Made by a program: the position numbers and the translations under genes | From: Auanema rhodensis | Taxonomy: Eukaryota > Animalia > Nematoda | Length of the DNA: 64,000 nucleotides | Direction of reading: 5' to 3' | Assembly: GCA_964057225.1 (NCBI GenBank) | Contig: OZ059898.1 | Coordinates: 1,302,001-1,366,000, forward strand | The notes under the pieces: generated by a model | What the model was told of the DNA's origin: nothing | Databases searched by the model: none | Seen by the model: only the letters and a program-made list of their open reading frames with translations | Part shown: positions 40,001 through 55,700 of the stretch, in pieces | Layout: every line of letters begins with the position of its first letter | Numbering within the stretch: position 1 is the stretch's first letter

Positions 40001-43000
40001 ACTAATGCATCATTTTTCAAACGATCATAACTAATTTTTGTATTAAGCGTTTCTCAATGTAGTATAGTGCATTCGATGCGGATTTTTAAGCTGCGTCGAT
40101 CTGTGTTATCAGATTTGCGCTAGCTTAAAAATGCACCGAGATATCAACTGATATAAGTTCACACTTATATCTTCGATTTTCACCCTGAAGAATTAATTTT
40201 TTCGTTGAATAACATTGTCCATCGTCTTTGCCTTAAAAAAAGGAATCTAAAAACATCTACTTTTTGCTAAATTATTTTGAAATTTTTCGAAAAAATTTTT
40301 GTCAAAATGTTTTTGGAAGCAATGTTGAGTGTACATGGAAACTCAACATACACTAATGCATCATTTTTCAAACGATCATAACTAATTTTTGTATTAAGCG
40401 TTTCTCAATGTAGTATAGTGCATTCGATGCGGATTTTTAAGCTGCGTCGATCTGTGTTATCAGATTTGCGCTAGCTTAAAAATGCACCGAGATATCAACT
40501 GATATAAGTTCACACTTATATCCTCGATTTTCACCCTGAAGAATTAATTTTTTCGTTGAATAATATTGTCCATCGTCTTTGCCTTGAAAAAAGGAATCTA
40601 AAAACATCTACTTTTTGCTAAATTATTTTGAAATTTTTCGAAAAAATTTTTGTCAAAATGTTTTTGGAAGCAATGTTGAGTGTACATGGAAACTCAACAT
40701 ACACTAATGCATCATTTTTCAAACGATCATAACTAATTTTTGTATTAAGCGTTTCTCAATGTAGTATAGTGCATTTGATGCGGATTTTTAAGCTGCGTCG
40801 TTCTGTGTTATCAGATTTGCGCTAGCTTAAAAATGCACCGAGATATAAACTGATATAAGTTCACACTTATATCCTCGATTTTCACCCTGAAGAATTAATT
40901 TTTTCGTTGAATAACATTGTCCATCGTCTTTGCCTTGAAAAAAGGAATCTAAAAACATCTACTTTTTGCTAAATTATTTTGAAATTTTTCGAAAAAATTT
41001 TTGTCAAAATGTTTTTGGAAGCAATGTTGAGTGTACATGGAAACTCAACATACACTAATGCATCATTTTTCAAACGATCATAACTAATTTTTGTATTAAG
41101 CGTTTCTCAATGTAGTATAGTGCATTCGATGCGGATTTTTAAGCTGCGTCGATCTGTGTTATCAGATTTGCGCTAGCTTAAAAATGCACCGAGATATAAA
41201 CTGATATAAGTTCACACTTATATCCTCGATTTTCACCCTGAAGAATTAATTTTTTCGTTGAATAACATTGTCCATCGTCTTTGCCTTGAAAAAAGGAATC
41301 TAAAAACATCTACTTTTTGCTAAATTATTTTGAAATTTTTCGAAAAAATTTTTGTCAAAATGTTTTTGGAAGCAATGTTGAGTGTACATGGAAACTCAAC
41401 ATACACTAATGCATCATTTTTCAAACGATCATAACTAATTTTTGTATTAAGCGTTTCTCAATGTAGTATAGTGCATTCGATGTGGATTTTTAAGCTGCGT
41501 CGTTCTGTGTTATCAGATTTGCGCTAGCTTAAAAATGCACCGAGATATCAACTGATATAAGTTCACACTTATATCTTCGATTTTCACCCTGAAGAATTAA
41601 TTTTTTCGTTGAATAACATTGTCCATCGTCTTTGCCTTGAAAAAAGGAATCTAAAAACATCTACTTTTTGCTAAATTATTTTGAAATTTTTCGAAAAAAT
41701 TTTTGTCAAAATGTTTTTGGAAGCAATGTTGAGTGTACATGGAAACTCAACATACACTAATGCATCATTTTTCAAACGATCATAACTAATTTTTGTATTA
41801 AGCGTTTCTCAATGTAGTATAGTGCATTCGATGCGGATTTTTAAGCTGCGTCGTTCTTTGTTATCAGATTTGCGCTAGCTTAAAAATGCACCGAGATATC
41901 AACTGATATAAGTTCACACTTATATCCTCGATTTTCACCCTGAAGAATTAATTTTTTCGTTGAATAACATTGTCCATCGTCTTTACCTTGAAAAAAGGAA
42001 TCTAAAAACATCTACTTTTTGCTAAATTATCTTGAAATTTTTCGAAAAAATTTTTGTCAAAATGTTTTTGGAAGCAATGTTGAGTGTACATGGAAACTCA
42101 ACATACACTAATGCATCATTTTTCAAACGATCATAACTAATTTTTGTATTAAGCGTTTCTCAATGTGGTATAGTGCATTCGATGCGGATTTTTAAGCTGC
42201 GTCGATCTGTGTTATCAGATTTGCGCTAGCTTAAAAATGCACCGAGATATAAACTGATATAAGTTCACACTTATATCCTCGATTTTCACCCTGAAGAATT
42301 AATTTTTTCGTTGAATAACATTGTCCATCGTCTTTGCCTTGAAAAAAGGAATCTAAAAACATCTACTTTTTGCTAAATTATTTTGAAATTTTTCGAAAAA
42401 ATTTTTGTCAAAATGTTTTTGGAAGCAATGTTGAGTGTACATGGAAACTCAACATACACTAATGCATCATTTTTCAAACGATCATAACTAATTTTTGTAT
42501 TAAGCGTTTCTCAATGTAGTATAGTGCATTCGATGCGGATTTTTAAGCTGCGTCGATCTGTGTTATCAGATTTGCGCTAGCTTAAAAATGCACCGAGATA
42601 TTAACTGATATAAGTTCACACTTATATCCTCGATTTTCACCCTGAAGAATTAATTTTTTCGTCGAATAACATTGTCCATCGTCTTTGCCTTGAAAAAAGG
42701 AATCTAAAAACATCTACTTTTTGCTAAATTATCTTGAAATTTTTCGAAAAAATTTTTGTCAAAATGTTTTTGGAAGCAATGTTGAGTGTACATGGAAACT
42801 CAACATACACTAATGCATCATTTTTCAAACGATCATAACTAATTTTTGTATTAAGCGTTTCTCAATGTAGTATAGTGCATTCGATGCGGATTTTTAAGCT
42901 GCGTCGATCTGTGTTATCAGATTTGCGCTAGCTTAAAAATGCACCGAGATATAAACTGATATAAGTTCACACTTATATCCTCGATTTTCACCCTGAAGAA

Positions 43001-46000
43001 TTAATTTTTTCGTTGAATAACATTGTCCATCGTCTTTGCCTTGAAAAAAGGAATCTAAAAACATCTACTTTTTGCTAAATTATTTTGAAATTTTTCGAAA
43101 AAATTTTTGTCAAAATGTTTTTGGAAGCAATGTTGAGTGTACATGGAAACTCAACATACACTAATGCATCATTTTTCAAACGATCATAACTAATTTTTGT
43201 ATTAAGCGTTTCTCAATGTCGTATAGTGCATTCGATGCGGATTTTTAAGCTGCGTCGATCTGTGTTATCAGATTTGCGCTAGCTTAAAAATGCACCGAGA
43301 TATCAACTGATATAAGTTCACACTTATATCCTCGATTTTCACCCTGAAGAATTAATTTTTTCGTCGAATAACATTGTCCATCGTCTTTGCCTTGAAAAAA
43401 GGAATCTAAAAACATCTACTTTTCGCTAAATTATCTTGAAATTTTTCGAAAAAATTTTTGTCAAAATGTTTTTGGAAGCAATGTTGAGTGTACATGGAAA
43501 CTCAACATACACTAATGCATCATTTTTCAAACGATCATAACTAATTTTTGTATTAAGCGTTTCTCAATGTAGTATAGTGCATTCGATGCGGATTTTTAAG
43601 CTGCGTCGATCTGTGTTATCAGATTTGCGCTAGCTTAAAAATGCACCGAGATATAAACTGATATAAGTTCACACTTATATCCTCGATTTTCACCCTGAAG
43701 AATTAATTTTTTCGTTGAATAACATTGTCCATCGTCTTTGCCTTGAAAAAAGGATTCTAAAAACATCTACTTTTTGCTAAATTATTTTGAAATTTTTCGA
43801 AAAAATTTTTGTCAAAATGTTTTTGGAAGCAATGTTGAGTGTACATGGAAACTCAACATACACTAATGCATCATTTTTCAAACGATCATAACTAATTTTT
43901 GTATTAAGCGTTTCTCAATGTAGTATAGTGCATTCGATGCGGATTTTTAAGCTGCGTCGTTCTGTGTTATCAGATTTGCGCTAGCTTAAAAATGCACCGA
44001 GATATCAACTGATATAAGTTCACACTTATATCCTCGATTTTCACCCTGAAGAATTAATTTTTTCGTTGAATAACATTGTCCATCGTCTTTGCCTTGAAAA
44101 AAGGAATCTAAAAACATCTACTTTTTGCTAAATTATTTTGAAATTTTTTGAAAAAATTTTTGTCAAAATGTTTTTGGAAGCAATGTTGAGTGTACATGGA
44201 AACTCAACATACACTAATGCATCATTTTTCAAACGATCATAACTAATTTTTGTATTAAGCGTTTCTCAATGTAGTATAGTGCATTCGATGCGGATTTTTA
44301 AGCTGCGTCGTTCTGTGTTATCAGATTTGCGCTAGCTTAAAAATGCACCGAGATATCAACTGATATAAGTTCACACTTATATCCTCGATTTTCACCCTGA
44401 AGAATTAATTTTTTCGTCGAATAACATTGTCCATCGTCTTTGCCTTGAAAAAAGAAATCTAAAAACATCTACTTTTTGCTAAATTATTTTGAAATTTTTC
44501 GAAAAAATTTTTGTCAAAATGTTTTTGGAAGCAATGTTGAGTGTACATGGAAACTCAACATACACTAATGCATCATTTTTCAAACGATCATAACTAATTT
44601 TTGTATTAAGCGTTTCTCAATGTAGTATAGTGCATTCGATGCGGATTTTTAAGCTGCGTCGTTCTGTGTTATCAGATTTGCGCTAGCTTAAAAATGCACC
44701 GAGATATCAACTGATATAAGTTCACACTTATATCCTCGATTTTCACCCTGAAGAATTAATTTTTTCGTTGAATAACATTGTCCATCGTCTTTGCCTTGAA
44801 AAAAGGAATCTAAAAACATCTACTTTTTGCTAAATTATCTTGAAATTTTTCGAAAAAATTTTTGTCAAAATGTTTTTGGAAGCAATGTTGAGTGTACATG
44901 GAAACTCAACATACACTAATGCATCATTTTTCAAACGATCATAACTAATTTTTGTATTAAGCGTTTCTCAATGTAGTATAGTGCATTCGATGCGGATTTT
45001 TAAGCTGCGTCGATCTGTGTTATCAGATTTGCGCTAGCTTAAAAATGCACCGAGATATCAACTGATATAAGTTCACACTTATATCCTCGATTTTCACCCT
45101 GAAGAATTAATTTTTTCGTTGAATAACATTGTCCATCGTCTTTGCCTTGAAAAAAGGAATCTAAAAACATCTACTTTTTGCTAAATTATTTTGAAATTTT
45201 TTGAAAAAATTTTTGTCAAAATGTTTTTGGAAGCAATGTTGAGTGTACATGGAAACTCAACATACAATAATGCATCATTTTTCTAACAATCATAACTAAT
45301 TTTTGTATTAAGCGTTTCTCAATGTAGTATAGTGCATTCGATGCGGATTTTTAAGCTGCGTCGAACTGTGTTATCAGATTTGCGCTAGCTTAAAAATGCA
45401 CCGAGATATCAACTGATATAAGTTCACACTTATATCCTCGATTTTCACCCTGAAGAATTAATTTTTTCGTTGAATAACATTGTCCATCGTCTTTGCCTTG
45501 AAAAAAGGATTCTAAAAACATCTACTTTTTGCTAAATTATTTTGAAATTTTTCGAAAAAATTTTTGTCAAAATGTTTTTGGAAGCAATGTTGAGTGTACA
45601 TGGAAACTCAACATACACTAATGCATCATTTTTCAAACGATCATAACTAATTTTTGTATTAAGCGTTTCTCAATGTAGTATAGTGCATTCGATGCGGATT
45701 TTTAAGCTGCGTCGTTCTGTGTTATCAGATTTGCGCTAGCTTAAAAATGCACCGAGATATCAACTGATATAAGTTCACACTTATATCCTCGATTTTCACC
45801 CTGAAGAATTAATTTTTTCGTCGAATAACATTGTCCATCGTCTTTGCCTTGAAAAAAGAAATCTAAAAACATCTACTTTTTGCTAAATTATTTTGAAATT
45901 TTTCGAAAAAATTTTTGTCAAAATGTTTTTGGAAGCAATGTTGAGTGTACATGGAAACTCAACATACAATAATGCATCATTTTTCTAACAATCATAACTA

Positions 46001-46768
46001 ATTTTTGTATTAAGCGTTTCTCAATGTAGTATAGTGCATTCGATGCGGATTTTTAAGCTGCGTCGAACTGTGTTATCAGATTTGCGCTAGCTTAAAAATG
46101 CACCGAGATATCAACTGATATAAGTTCACACTTATATCCTCGATTTTCACCCTGAAGAATTAATTTTTTCGTTGAATAACATTGTCCATCGTCTTTGCCT
46201 TGAAAAAAGGAATCTAAAAACATCTACTTTTTGCTAAATTATTTTGAAATTTTTTGAAAAAATTTTTGTCAAAATGTTTTTGGAAGCAATGTTGAGTGTA
46301 CATGGAAACTCAACATACACTAATGCATCATTTTTCAAACGATCATAACTAATTTTTGTATTAAGCGTTTCTCAATGTAGTATAGTGCATTCGATGCGGA
46401 TTTTTAAGCTGCGTCGATCTGTGTTATCAGATTTGCGCTAGCTTAAAAATGCACCGAGATATAAACTGATATAAGTTCACACTTATATCCTCGATTTTCA
46501 CCCTGAAGAATTAATTTTTTCGTTGAATAACATTGTCCATCGTCTTTGCCTTGAAAAAAGGATTCTAAAAACATCTACTTTTTGCTAAATTATTTTGAAA
46601 TTTTTCGAAAAAATTTTTGTCAAAATGTTTTTGGAAGCAATGTTGAGTGTACATGGAAACTCAACATACACTAATGCATCATTTTTCAAACGATCATAAC
46701 TAATTTTTGTATTAAGCGTTTCTCAATGTAGTATAGTGCATTCGATGCGGATTTTTAAGCTGCGTCGT

Positions 46769-49700
46769 TCTGTGTTATCAGATTTGCGCTAGCTTAAAAA
46801 TGCACCGAGATATCAACTGATATAAGTTCACACTTATATCCTCGATTTTCACCCTGAAGAATTAATTTTTTCGTCGAATAACATTGTCCATCGTCTTTGC
46901 CTTGAAAAAAGGAATCTAAAAACATCTACTTTTCGCTAAATTATCTTGAAATTTTTCGAAAAAATTTTTGTCAAAATGTTTTTGGAAGCAATGTTGAGTG
47001 TACATGGAAACTCAACATACACTAATGCATCATTTTTCAAACGATCATAACTAATTTTTGTATTAAGCGTTTCTCAATGTAGTATAGTGCATTCGATGCG
47101 GATTTTTAAGCTGCGTCGATCTGTGTTATCAGATTTGCGCTAGCTTAAAAATGCACCGAGATATAAACTGATATAAGTTCACACTTATATCCTCGATTTT
47201 CACCCTGAAGAATTAATTTTTTCGTTGAATAACATTGTCCATCGTCTTTGCCTTGAAAAAAGGATTCTAAAAACATCTACTTTTTGCTAAATTATTTTGA
47301 AATTTTTTGAAAAAATTTTTGTCAAAATGTTTTTGGAAGCAATGTTGAGTGTACATGGAAACTCAACATACACTAATGCATCATTTTTCAAACGATCATA
47401 ACTAATTTTTGTATTAAGCGTTTCTCAATGTAGTATAGTGCATTCGATGCGGATTTTTAAGCTGCGTCGTTCTGTGTTATCAGATTTGCGCTAGCTTAAA
47501 AATGCACCGAGATATCAACTGATATAAGTTCACACTTATATCCTCGATTTTCACCCTGAAGAATTAATTTTTTCGTCGAATAACATTGTCCATCGTCTTT
47601 GCCTTGAAAAAAGAAATCTAAAAACGTCTACTTTTTGCTAAATTATTTTGAAATTTTTCGAAAAAATTTTTGTCAAAATGTTTTTGGAAGCAATGTTGAG
47701 TGTACATGGAAACTCAACATACACTAATGCATCATTTTTCAAACGATCATAACTAATTTTTGTATTAAGCGTTTCTCAATGTCGTACAGTGCATTCGATG
47801 CGGATTTTTAAGCTGCGTCGATCTGTGTTATCAGATTTGCGCTAGCTTAAAAATGCACCGAGATATCAACTGATATAAGTTCACACTTATATCCTCGATT
47901 TTCACCCTGAAGAATTAATTTTTTCGTCGAATAACATTGTCCATCGTCTTTGCCTTGAAAAAAGGAATCTAAAAACATCTACTTTTTGCTAAATTATCTT
48001 GAAATTTTTCGAAAAAATTTTTGTCAAAATGTTTTTGGAAGCAATGTTGAGTGTACATGGAAACTCAACATACACTAATGCATCATTTTTCAAACGATCA
48101 TAACTAATTTTTGTATTAAGCGTTTCTCAATGTAGTATAGTGCATTCGATGCGGATTTTTAAGCTGCGTCGATCTGTGTTATCAGATTTGCGCTAGCTTA
48201 AAAATGCACCGAGATATCAACTGATATAAGTTCACACTTATATCCTCGATTTTCACCCTGAAGAATTAATTTTTTCGTTGAATAACATTGTCCATCGTCT
48301 TTGCCTTGAAAAAAGGAATCTAAAAACATCTACTTTTTGCTAAATTATTTTGAAATTTTTCGAAAAAATTTTTGTCAAAATGTTTTTGGAAGCAATGTTG
48401 AGTGTACATGGAAACTCAACATACAATAATGCATCATTTTTCTAACAATCATAACTAATTTTTGTATTAAGCGTTTCTCAATGTAGTATAGTGCATTCGA
48501 TGCGGATTTTTAAGCTGCGTCGATCTGTGTTATCAGATTTGCGCTAGCTTAAAAATGCACCGAGATATCAACTGATATAAGTTCACACTTATATCCTCGA
48601 TTTTCACCCTGAAGAATTAATTTTTTCGTTGAATAACATTGTCCATCGTCTTTGCCTTGAAAAAAGGAATCTAAAAACATCTACTTTTTGCTAAATTATT
48701 TTGAAATTTTTCGAAAAAATTTTTGTCAAAATGTTTTTGGAAGCAATGTTGAGTGTACATGGAAACTCAACATACAATAATGCATCATTTTTCTAACAAT
48801 CATAACTAATTTTTGTATTAAGCGTTTCTCAATGTAGTATAGTGCATTCGATGCGGATTTTTAAGCTGCGTCGAACTGTGTTATCAGATTTGCGCTAGCT
48901 TAAAAATGCACCGAGATATCAACTGATATAAGTTCACACTTATATCCTCGATTTTCACCCTGAAGAAATAATTTTTTCGTTGAATAACATTGTCCATCGT
49001 CTTTGCCTTGAAAAAAGGAATCTAAAAACATCTACTTTTTGCTAAATTATTTTGAAATTTTTCGAAAAAATTTTTGTCAAAATGTTTTTGGAAGCAATGT
49101 TGAGTGTACATGGAAACTCAACATACAATAATGCATCATTTTTCTAACAATCATAACTAATTTTTGTATTAAGCGTTTCTCAATGTAGTATAGTGCATTC
49201 GATGCGGATTTTTAAGCTGCGTCGAACTGTGTTATCAGATTTGCGCTAGCTTAAAAATGCACCGAGATATCAACTGATATAAGTTCACACTTATATCCTC
49301 GATTTTCACCCTGAAGAATTAATTTTTTCGTCGAATAACATTGTCCATCGTCTTTGCCTTGAAAAAAGGAATCTAAAAACATCTACTTTTTGCTAAATTA
49401 TCTTGAAATTTTTCGAAAAAATTTTTGTCAAAATGTTTTTGGAAGCAATGTTGAGTGTACATGGAAACTCAACATACACTAATGCATCATTTTTCAAACG
49501 ATCATAACTAATTTTTGTATTAAGCGTTTCTCAATGTAGTATAGTGCATTCGATGCGGATTTTTAAGCTGCGTCGATCTGTGTTATCAGATTTGCGCTAG
49601 CTTAAAAATGCACCGAGATATCAACTGATATAAGTTCACACTTATATCCTCGATTTTCACCCTGAAGAATTTATTTTTTCGTTGAATAACATTGTCCATC

Positions 49701-52700
49701 GTCTTTGCCTTGAAAAAAGGAATCTAAAAACATCTACTTTTTGCTAAATTATTTTGAAATTTTTCGAAAAAATTTTTGTCAAAATGTTTTTGGAAGCAAT
49801 GTTGAGTGTACATGGAAACTCAACATACAATAATGCATCATTTTTCTAACAATCATAACTAATTTTTGTATTAAGCGTTTCTCAATGTAGTATAGTGCAT
49901 TCGATGCGGATTTTTAAGCTGCGTCGAACTGTGTTATCAGATTTGCGCTAGCTTAAAAATGCACCGAGATATCAACTGATATAAGTTCACACTTATATCC
50001 TCGATTTTCACCCTGAAGAATTAATTTTTTCGTTGAATAACATTGTCCATCGTCTTTGCCTTGAAAAAAGGAATCTAAAAACATCTACTTTTTGCTAAAT
50101 TATTTTGAAATTTTTCGAAAAAATTTTTGTCAAAATGTTTTTGGAAGCAATGTTGAGTGTACATGGAAACTCAACATACACTAATGCATCATTTTTCAAA
50201 CAATCATAACTAATTTTTGTATTAAGCGTTTCTCAATGTAGTATAGTGCATTCGATGCGGATTTTTAAGCTGCGTCGATCTGTGTTATCAGATTTGCGCT
50301 AGCTTAAAAATGCACCGAGATATCAACTGATATAAGTTCACACTTATATCCTCGATTTTCACCCTGAAGAATTAATTTTTTCGTTGAATAACATTGTCCA
50401 TCGTCTTTGCCTTGAAAAAAGGAATCTAAAAACATCTACTTTTTGCTAAATTATTCTGAAATTTTTCGAAAAAATTTTTGTCAAAATGTTTTTGGAAGCA
50501 ATGTTGAGTGTACATGGAAACTCAACATACACTAATGCATCATTTTTCAAACGATCATAACTAATTTTTGTATTAAACGTTTTTAATGTAGTATAGTGCA
50601 TTCGATGCGGATTTTTAAGCTGCGTCGATCTGTGTTATCAGATTTGCGCTAGCTTAAAAATGCACCGAGATATCAACTGGTATAAGTTCACACTTATATC
50701 CTCGATTTTCACCCTGAAGAATTAATTTTTTCGTCGAATAACATTGTCCATCGTCTTTGCCTTGAAAAAAGGAATCTAAAAACATCTACTTTTTGCTAAA
50801 TTATCTTGAAATTTTTCGAAAAAATTTTTGTCAAAATGTTTTTGGAAGCAATGTTGAGTGTACATGGAAACTCAACATACACTAATGCATCATTTTTCAA
50901 ACGATCATAACTAATTTTTGTATTAAGCGTTTCTCAATGTAGTATAGTGCATTCGATGCGGATTTTTAAGCTGCGTCGATCTGTGTTATCAGATTTGCGC
51001 TAGCTTAAAAATGCACCGAGATATAAACTGATATAAGTTCACACTTATATCCTCGATTTTCACCCTGAAGAATTAATTTTTTCGTTGAATAACATTGTCC
51101 ATCGTCTTTACCTTGAAAAAAGGAATCTAAAAACATCTACTTTTTGCTAAATTATTTTGAAATTTTTCGAAAAAATTTTTGTCAAAATGTTTTTGGAAGC
51201 AATGTTGAGTGTACATGGAAACTCAACATACACTAATGCATCATTTTTCAAACGATCATAACTAATTTTTGTATTAAGCGTTTCTCAATGTAGTATAGTG
51301 CATTCGATGCGGATTTTTAAGCTGCGTCGTTCTGTGTTATCAGATTTGCGCTAGCTTAAAAATGCACCGTGATATCAACTGATATAAGTTCACACTTATA
51401 TCTTCGATTTTCACCCTGAAGAATTAATTTTTTCGTTGAATAACATTGTCCATCGTCTTTGCCTTGAAAAAAGGAATCTAAAAACATCTACTTTTTGCTA
51501 AATTATTTTGAAATTTTTTGAAAAAATTTTTGTCAAAATGTTTTTGGAAGCAATGTTGAGTGTACATGGAAACTCAACATACACTAATGCATCATTTTTC
51601 AAACGATCATAACTAATTTTTGTATTAAGCGTTTCTCAATGTAGTATAGTGCATTCGATGCGGATTTTCAAGCTGCGTCGTTCTGTGTTATCAGATTTGC
51701 GCTAGCTTAAAAATGCACCGAGATATCAACTGATATAAGTTCACACTTATATCCTCGATTTTCACCCTGAAGAATTAATTTTTTCGTTGAATAACAATGT
51801 CTATCGTCTTTGCCTTAAAAAAAGGAATCTAAAAACATCTACTTTTTGCTAAATTATTTTGAAATTTTTCGAAAAAATTTTTGTCAAAATGTTTTTGGAA
51901 GCAATGTTGAGTGTACATGGAAACTCAACATACACTAATGCATCATTTTTCAAACGATCATAACTAATTTTTGTATTAAGCGTTTTTCAATGTAGTATAG
52001 TGCATTCGATGCGGATTTTTAAGCTGCGTCGATCTGTGTTATCAGATTTGCGCTAGCTTAAAAATGCACCGAGATATCAACTGATATAAGTTCACACTTA
52101 TATCCTCGATTTTCACCCTGAAGAATTAATTTTTTCGTCGAATAACATTGTCCATCGTCTTTGCCTTGAAAAAAGGAATCTAAAAACATCTACTTTTCGC
52201 TAAATTATCTTGAAATTTTTCGAAAAAATTTTTGTCAAAATGTTTTTGGAAGCAATGTTGAGTGTACATGGAAACTCAACATACACTAATGCATCATTTT
52301 TCAAACGATCATAACTAATTTTTGTATTAAGCGTTTCTCAATGTAGTATAGTGCATTCGATGCGGATTTTTAAGCTGCGTCGATCTGTGTTATCAGATTT
52401 GCGCTAGCTTAAAAATGCACCGAGATATAAACTGATATAAGTTCACACTTATATCCTCGATTTTCACCCTGAAGAATTAATTTTTTCGTTGAATAACATT
52501 GTCCATCGTCTTTGCCTTGAAAAAAGGATTCTAAAAACATCTACTTTTTGCTAAATTATTTTGAAATTTTTTGAAAAAATTTTTGTCAAAATGTTTTTGG
52601 AAGCAATGTTGAGTGTACATGGAAACTCAACATACACTAATGCATCATTTTTCAAACGATCATAACTAATTTTTGTATTAAGCGTTTCTCAATGTAGTAT

Positions 52701-55700
52701 AGTGCATTCGATGCGGATTTTTAAGCTGCGTCGTTCTGTGTTATCAGATTTGCGCTAGCTTAAAAATGCACCGAGATATCAACTGATATAAGTTCACACT
52801 TATATCCTCGATTTTCACCCTGAAGAATTAATTTTTTCGTCGAATAACATTGTCCATCGTCTTTGCCTTGAAAAAAGAAATCTAAAAACGTCTACTTTTT
52901 GCTAAATTATTTTGAAATTTTTCGAAAAAATTTTTGTCAAAATGTTTTTGGAAGCAATGTTGAGTGTACATGGAAACTCAACATACACTAATGCATCATT
53001 TTTCAAACGATCATAACTAATTTTTGTATTAAGCGTTTCTCAATGTCGTACAGTGCATTCGATGCGGATTTTTAAGCTGCGTCGATCTGTGTTATCAGAT
53101 TTGCGCTAGCTTAAAAATGCACCGAGATATCAACTGATATAAGTTCACACTTATATCCTCGATTTTCACCCTGAAGAATTAATTTTTTCGTCGAATAACA
53201 TTGTCCATCGTCTTTGCCTTGAAAAAAGGAATCTAAAAACATCTACTTTTTGCTAAATTATCTTGAAATTTTTCGAAAAAATTTTTGTCAAAATGTTTTT
53301 GGAAGCAATGTTGAGTGTACATGGAAACTCAACATACACTAATGCATCATTTTTCAAACGATCATAACTAATTTTTGTATTAAGCGTTTCTCAATGTAGT
53401 ATAGTGCATTCGATGCGGATTTTTAAGCTGCGTCGATCTGTGTTATCAGATTTGCGCTAGCTTAAAAATGCACCGAGATATCAACTGATATAAGTTCACA
53501 CTTATATCCTCGATTTTCACCCTGAAGAATTAATTTTTTCGTTGAATAACATTGTCCATCGTCTTTGCCTTGAAAAAAGGAATCTAAAAACATCTACTTT
53601 TTGCTAAATTATTTTGAAATTTTTCGAAAAAATTTTTGTCAAAATGTTTTTGGAAGCAATGTTGAGTGTACATGGAAACTCAACATACAATAATGCATCA
53701 TTTTTCTAACAATCATAACTAATTTTTGTATTAAGCGTTTCTCAATGTAGTATAGTGCATTCGATGCGGATTTTTAAGCTGCGTCGATCTGTGTTATCAG
53801 ATTTGCGCTAGCTTAAAAATGCACCGAGATATCAACTGATATAAGTTCACACTTATATCCTCGATTTTCACCCTGAAGAATTAATTTTTTCGTTGAATAA
53901 CATTGTCCATCGTCTTTGCCTTGAAAAAAGGAATCTAAAAACATCTACTTTTTGCTAAATTATTTTGAAATTTTTCGAAAAAATTTTTGTCAAAATGTTT
54001 TTGGAAGCAATGTTGAGTGTACATGGAAACTCAACATACAATAATGCATCATTTTTCTAACAATCATAACTAATTTTTGTATTAAGCGTTTCTCAATGTA
54101 GTATAGTGCATTCGATGCGGATTTTTAAGCTGCGTCGAACTGTGTTATCAGATTTGCGCTAGCTTAAAAATGCACCGAGATATCAACTGATATAAGTTCA
54201 CACTTATATCCTCGATTTTCACCCTGAAGAAATAATTTTTTCGTTGAATAACATTGTCCATCGTCTTTGCCTTGAAAAAAGGAATCTAAAAACATCTACT
54301 TTTTGCTAAATTATTTTGAAATTTTTCGAAAAAATTTTTGTCAAAATGTTTTTGGAAGCAATGTTGAGTGTACATGGAAACTCAACATACAATAATGCAT
54401 CATTTTTCTAACAATCATAACTAATTTTTGTATTAAGCGTTTCTCAATGTAGTATAGTGCATTCGATGCGGATTTTTAAGCTGCGTCGAACTGTGTTATC
54501 AGATTTGCGCTAGCTTAAAAATGCACCGAGATATCAACTGATATAAGTTCACACTTATATCCTCGATTTTCACCCTGAAGAATTAATTTTTTCGTCGAAT
54601 AACATTGTCCATCGTCTTTGCCTTGAAAAAAGGAATCTAAAAACATCTACTTTTTGCTAAATTATCTTGAAATTTTTCGAAAAAATTTTTGTCAAAATGT
54701 TTTTGGAAGCAATGTTGAGTGTACATGGAAACTCAACATACACTAATGCATCATTTTTCAAACGATCATAACTAATTTTTGTATTAAGCGTTTCTCAATG
54801 TAGTATAGTGCATTCGATGCGGATTTTTAAGCTGCGTCGATCTGTGTTATCAGATTTGCGCTAGCTTAAAAATGCACCGAGATATCAACTGATATAAGTT
54901 CACACTTATATCCTCGATTTTCACCCTGAAGAATTTATTTTTTCGTTGAATAACATTGTCCATCGTCTTTGCCTTGAAAAAAGGAATCTAAAAACATCTA
55001 CTTTTTGCTAAATTATTTTGAAATTTTTCGAAAAAATTTTTGTCAAAATGTTTTTGGAAGCAATGTTGAGTGTACATGGAAACTCAACATACAATAATGC
55101 ATCATTTTTCTAACAATCATAACTAATTTTTGTATTAAGCGTTTCTCAATGTAGTATAGTGCATTCGATGCGGATTTTTAAGCTGCGTCGAACTGTGTTA
55201 TCAGATTTGCGCTAGCTTAAAAATGCACCGAGATATCAACTGATATAAGTTCACACTTATATCCTCGATTTTCACCCTGAAGAATTAATTTTTTCGTTGA
55301 ATAACATTGTCCATCGTCTTTGCCTTGAAAAAAGGAATCTAAAAACATCTACTTTTTGCTAAATTATTTTGAAATTTTTCGAAAAAATTTTTGTCAAAAT
55401 GTTTTTGGAAGCAATGTTGAGTGTACATGGAAACTCAACATACACTAATGCATCATTTTTCAAACAATCATAACTAATTTTTGTATTAAGCGTTTCTCAA
55501 TGTAGTATAGTGCATTCGATGCGGATTTTTAAGCTGCGTCGATCTGTGTTATCAGATTTGCGCTAGCTTAAAAATGCACCGAGATATCAACTGATATAAG
55601 TTCACACTTATATCCTCGATTTTCACCCTGAAGAATTAATTTTTTCGTTGAATAACATTGTCCATCGTCTTTGCCTTGAAAAAAGGAATCTAAAAACATC

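Noticed and set aside
51660-51720. Compensatory mutation in hairpin 1 (T72C pairs with position 112, where type E has A112G)
   Set aside because: The two changes occur in different monomers and never in cis, so they are not covariation evidence.
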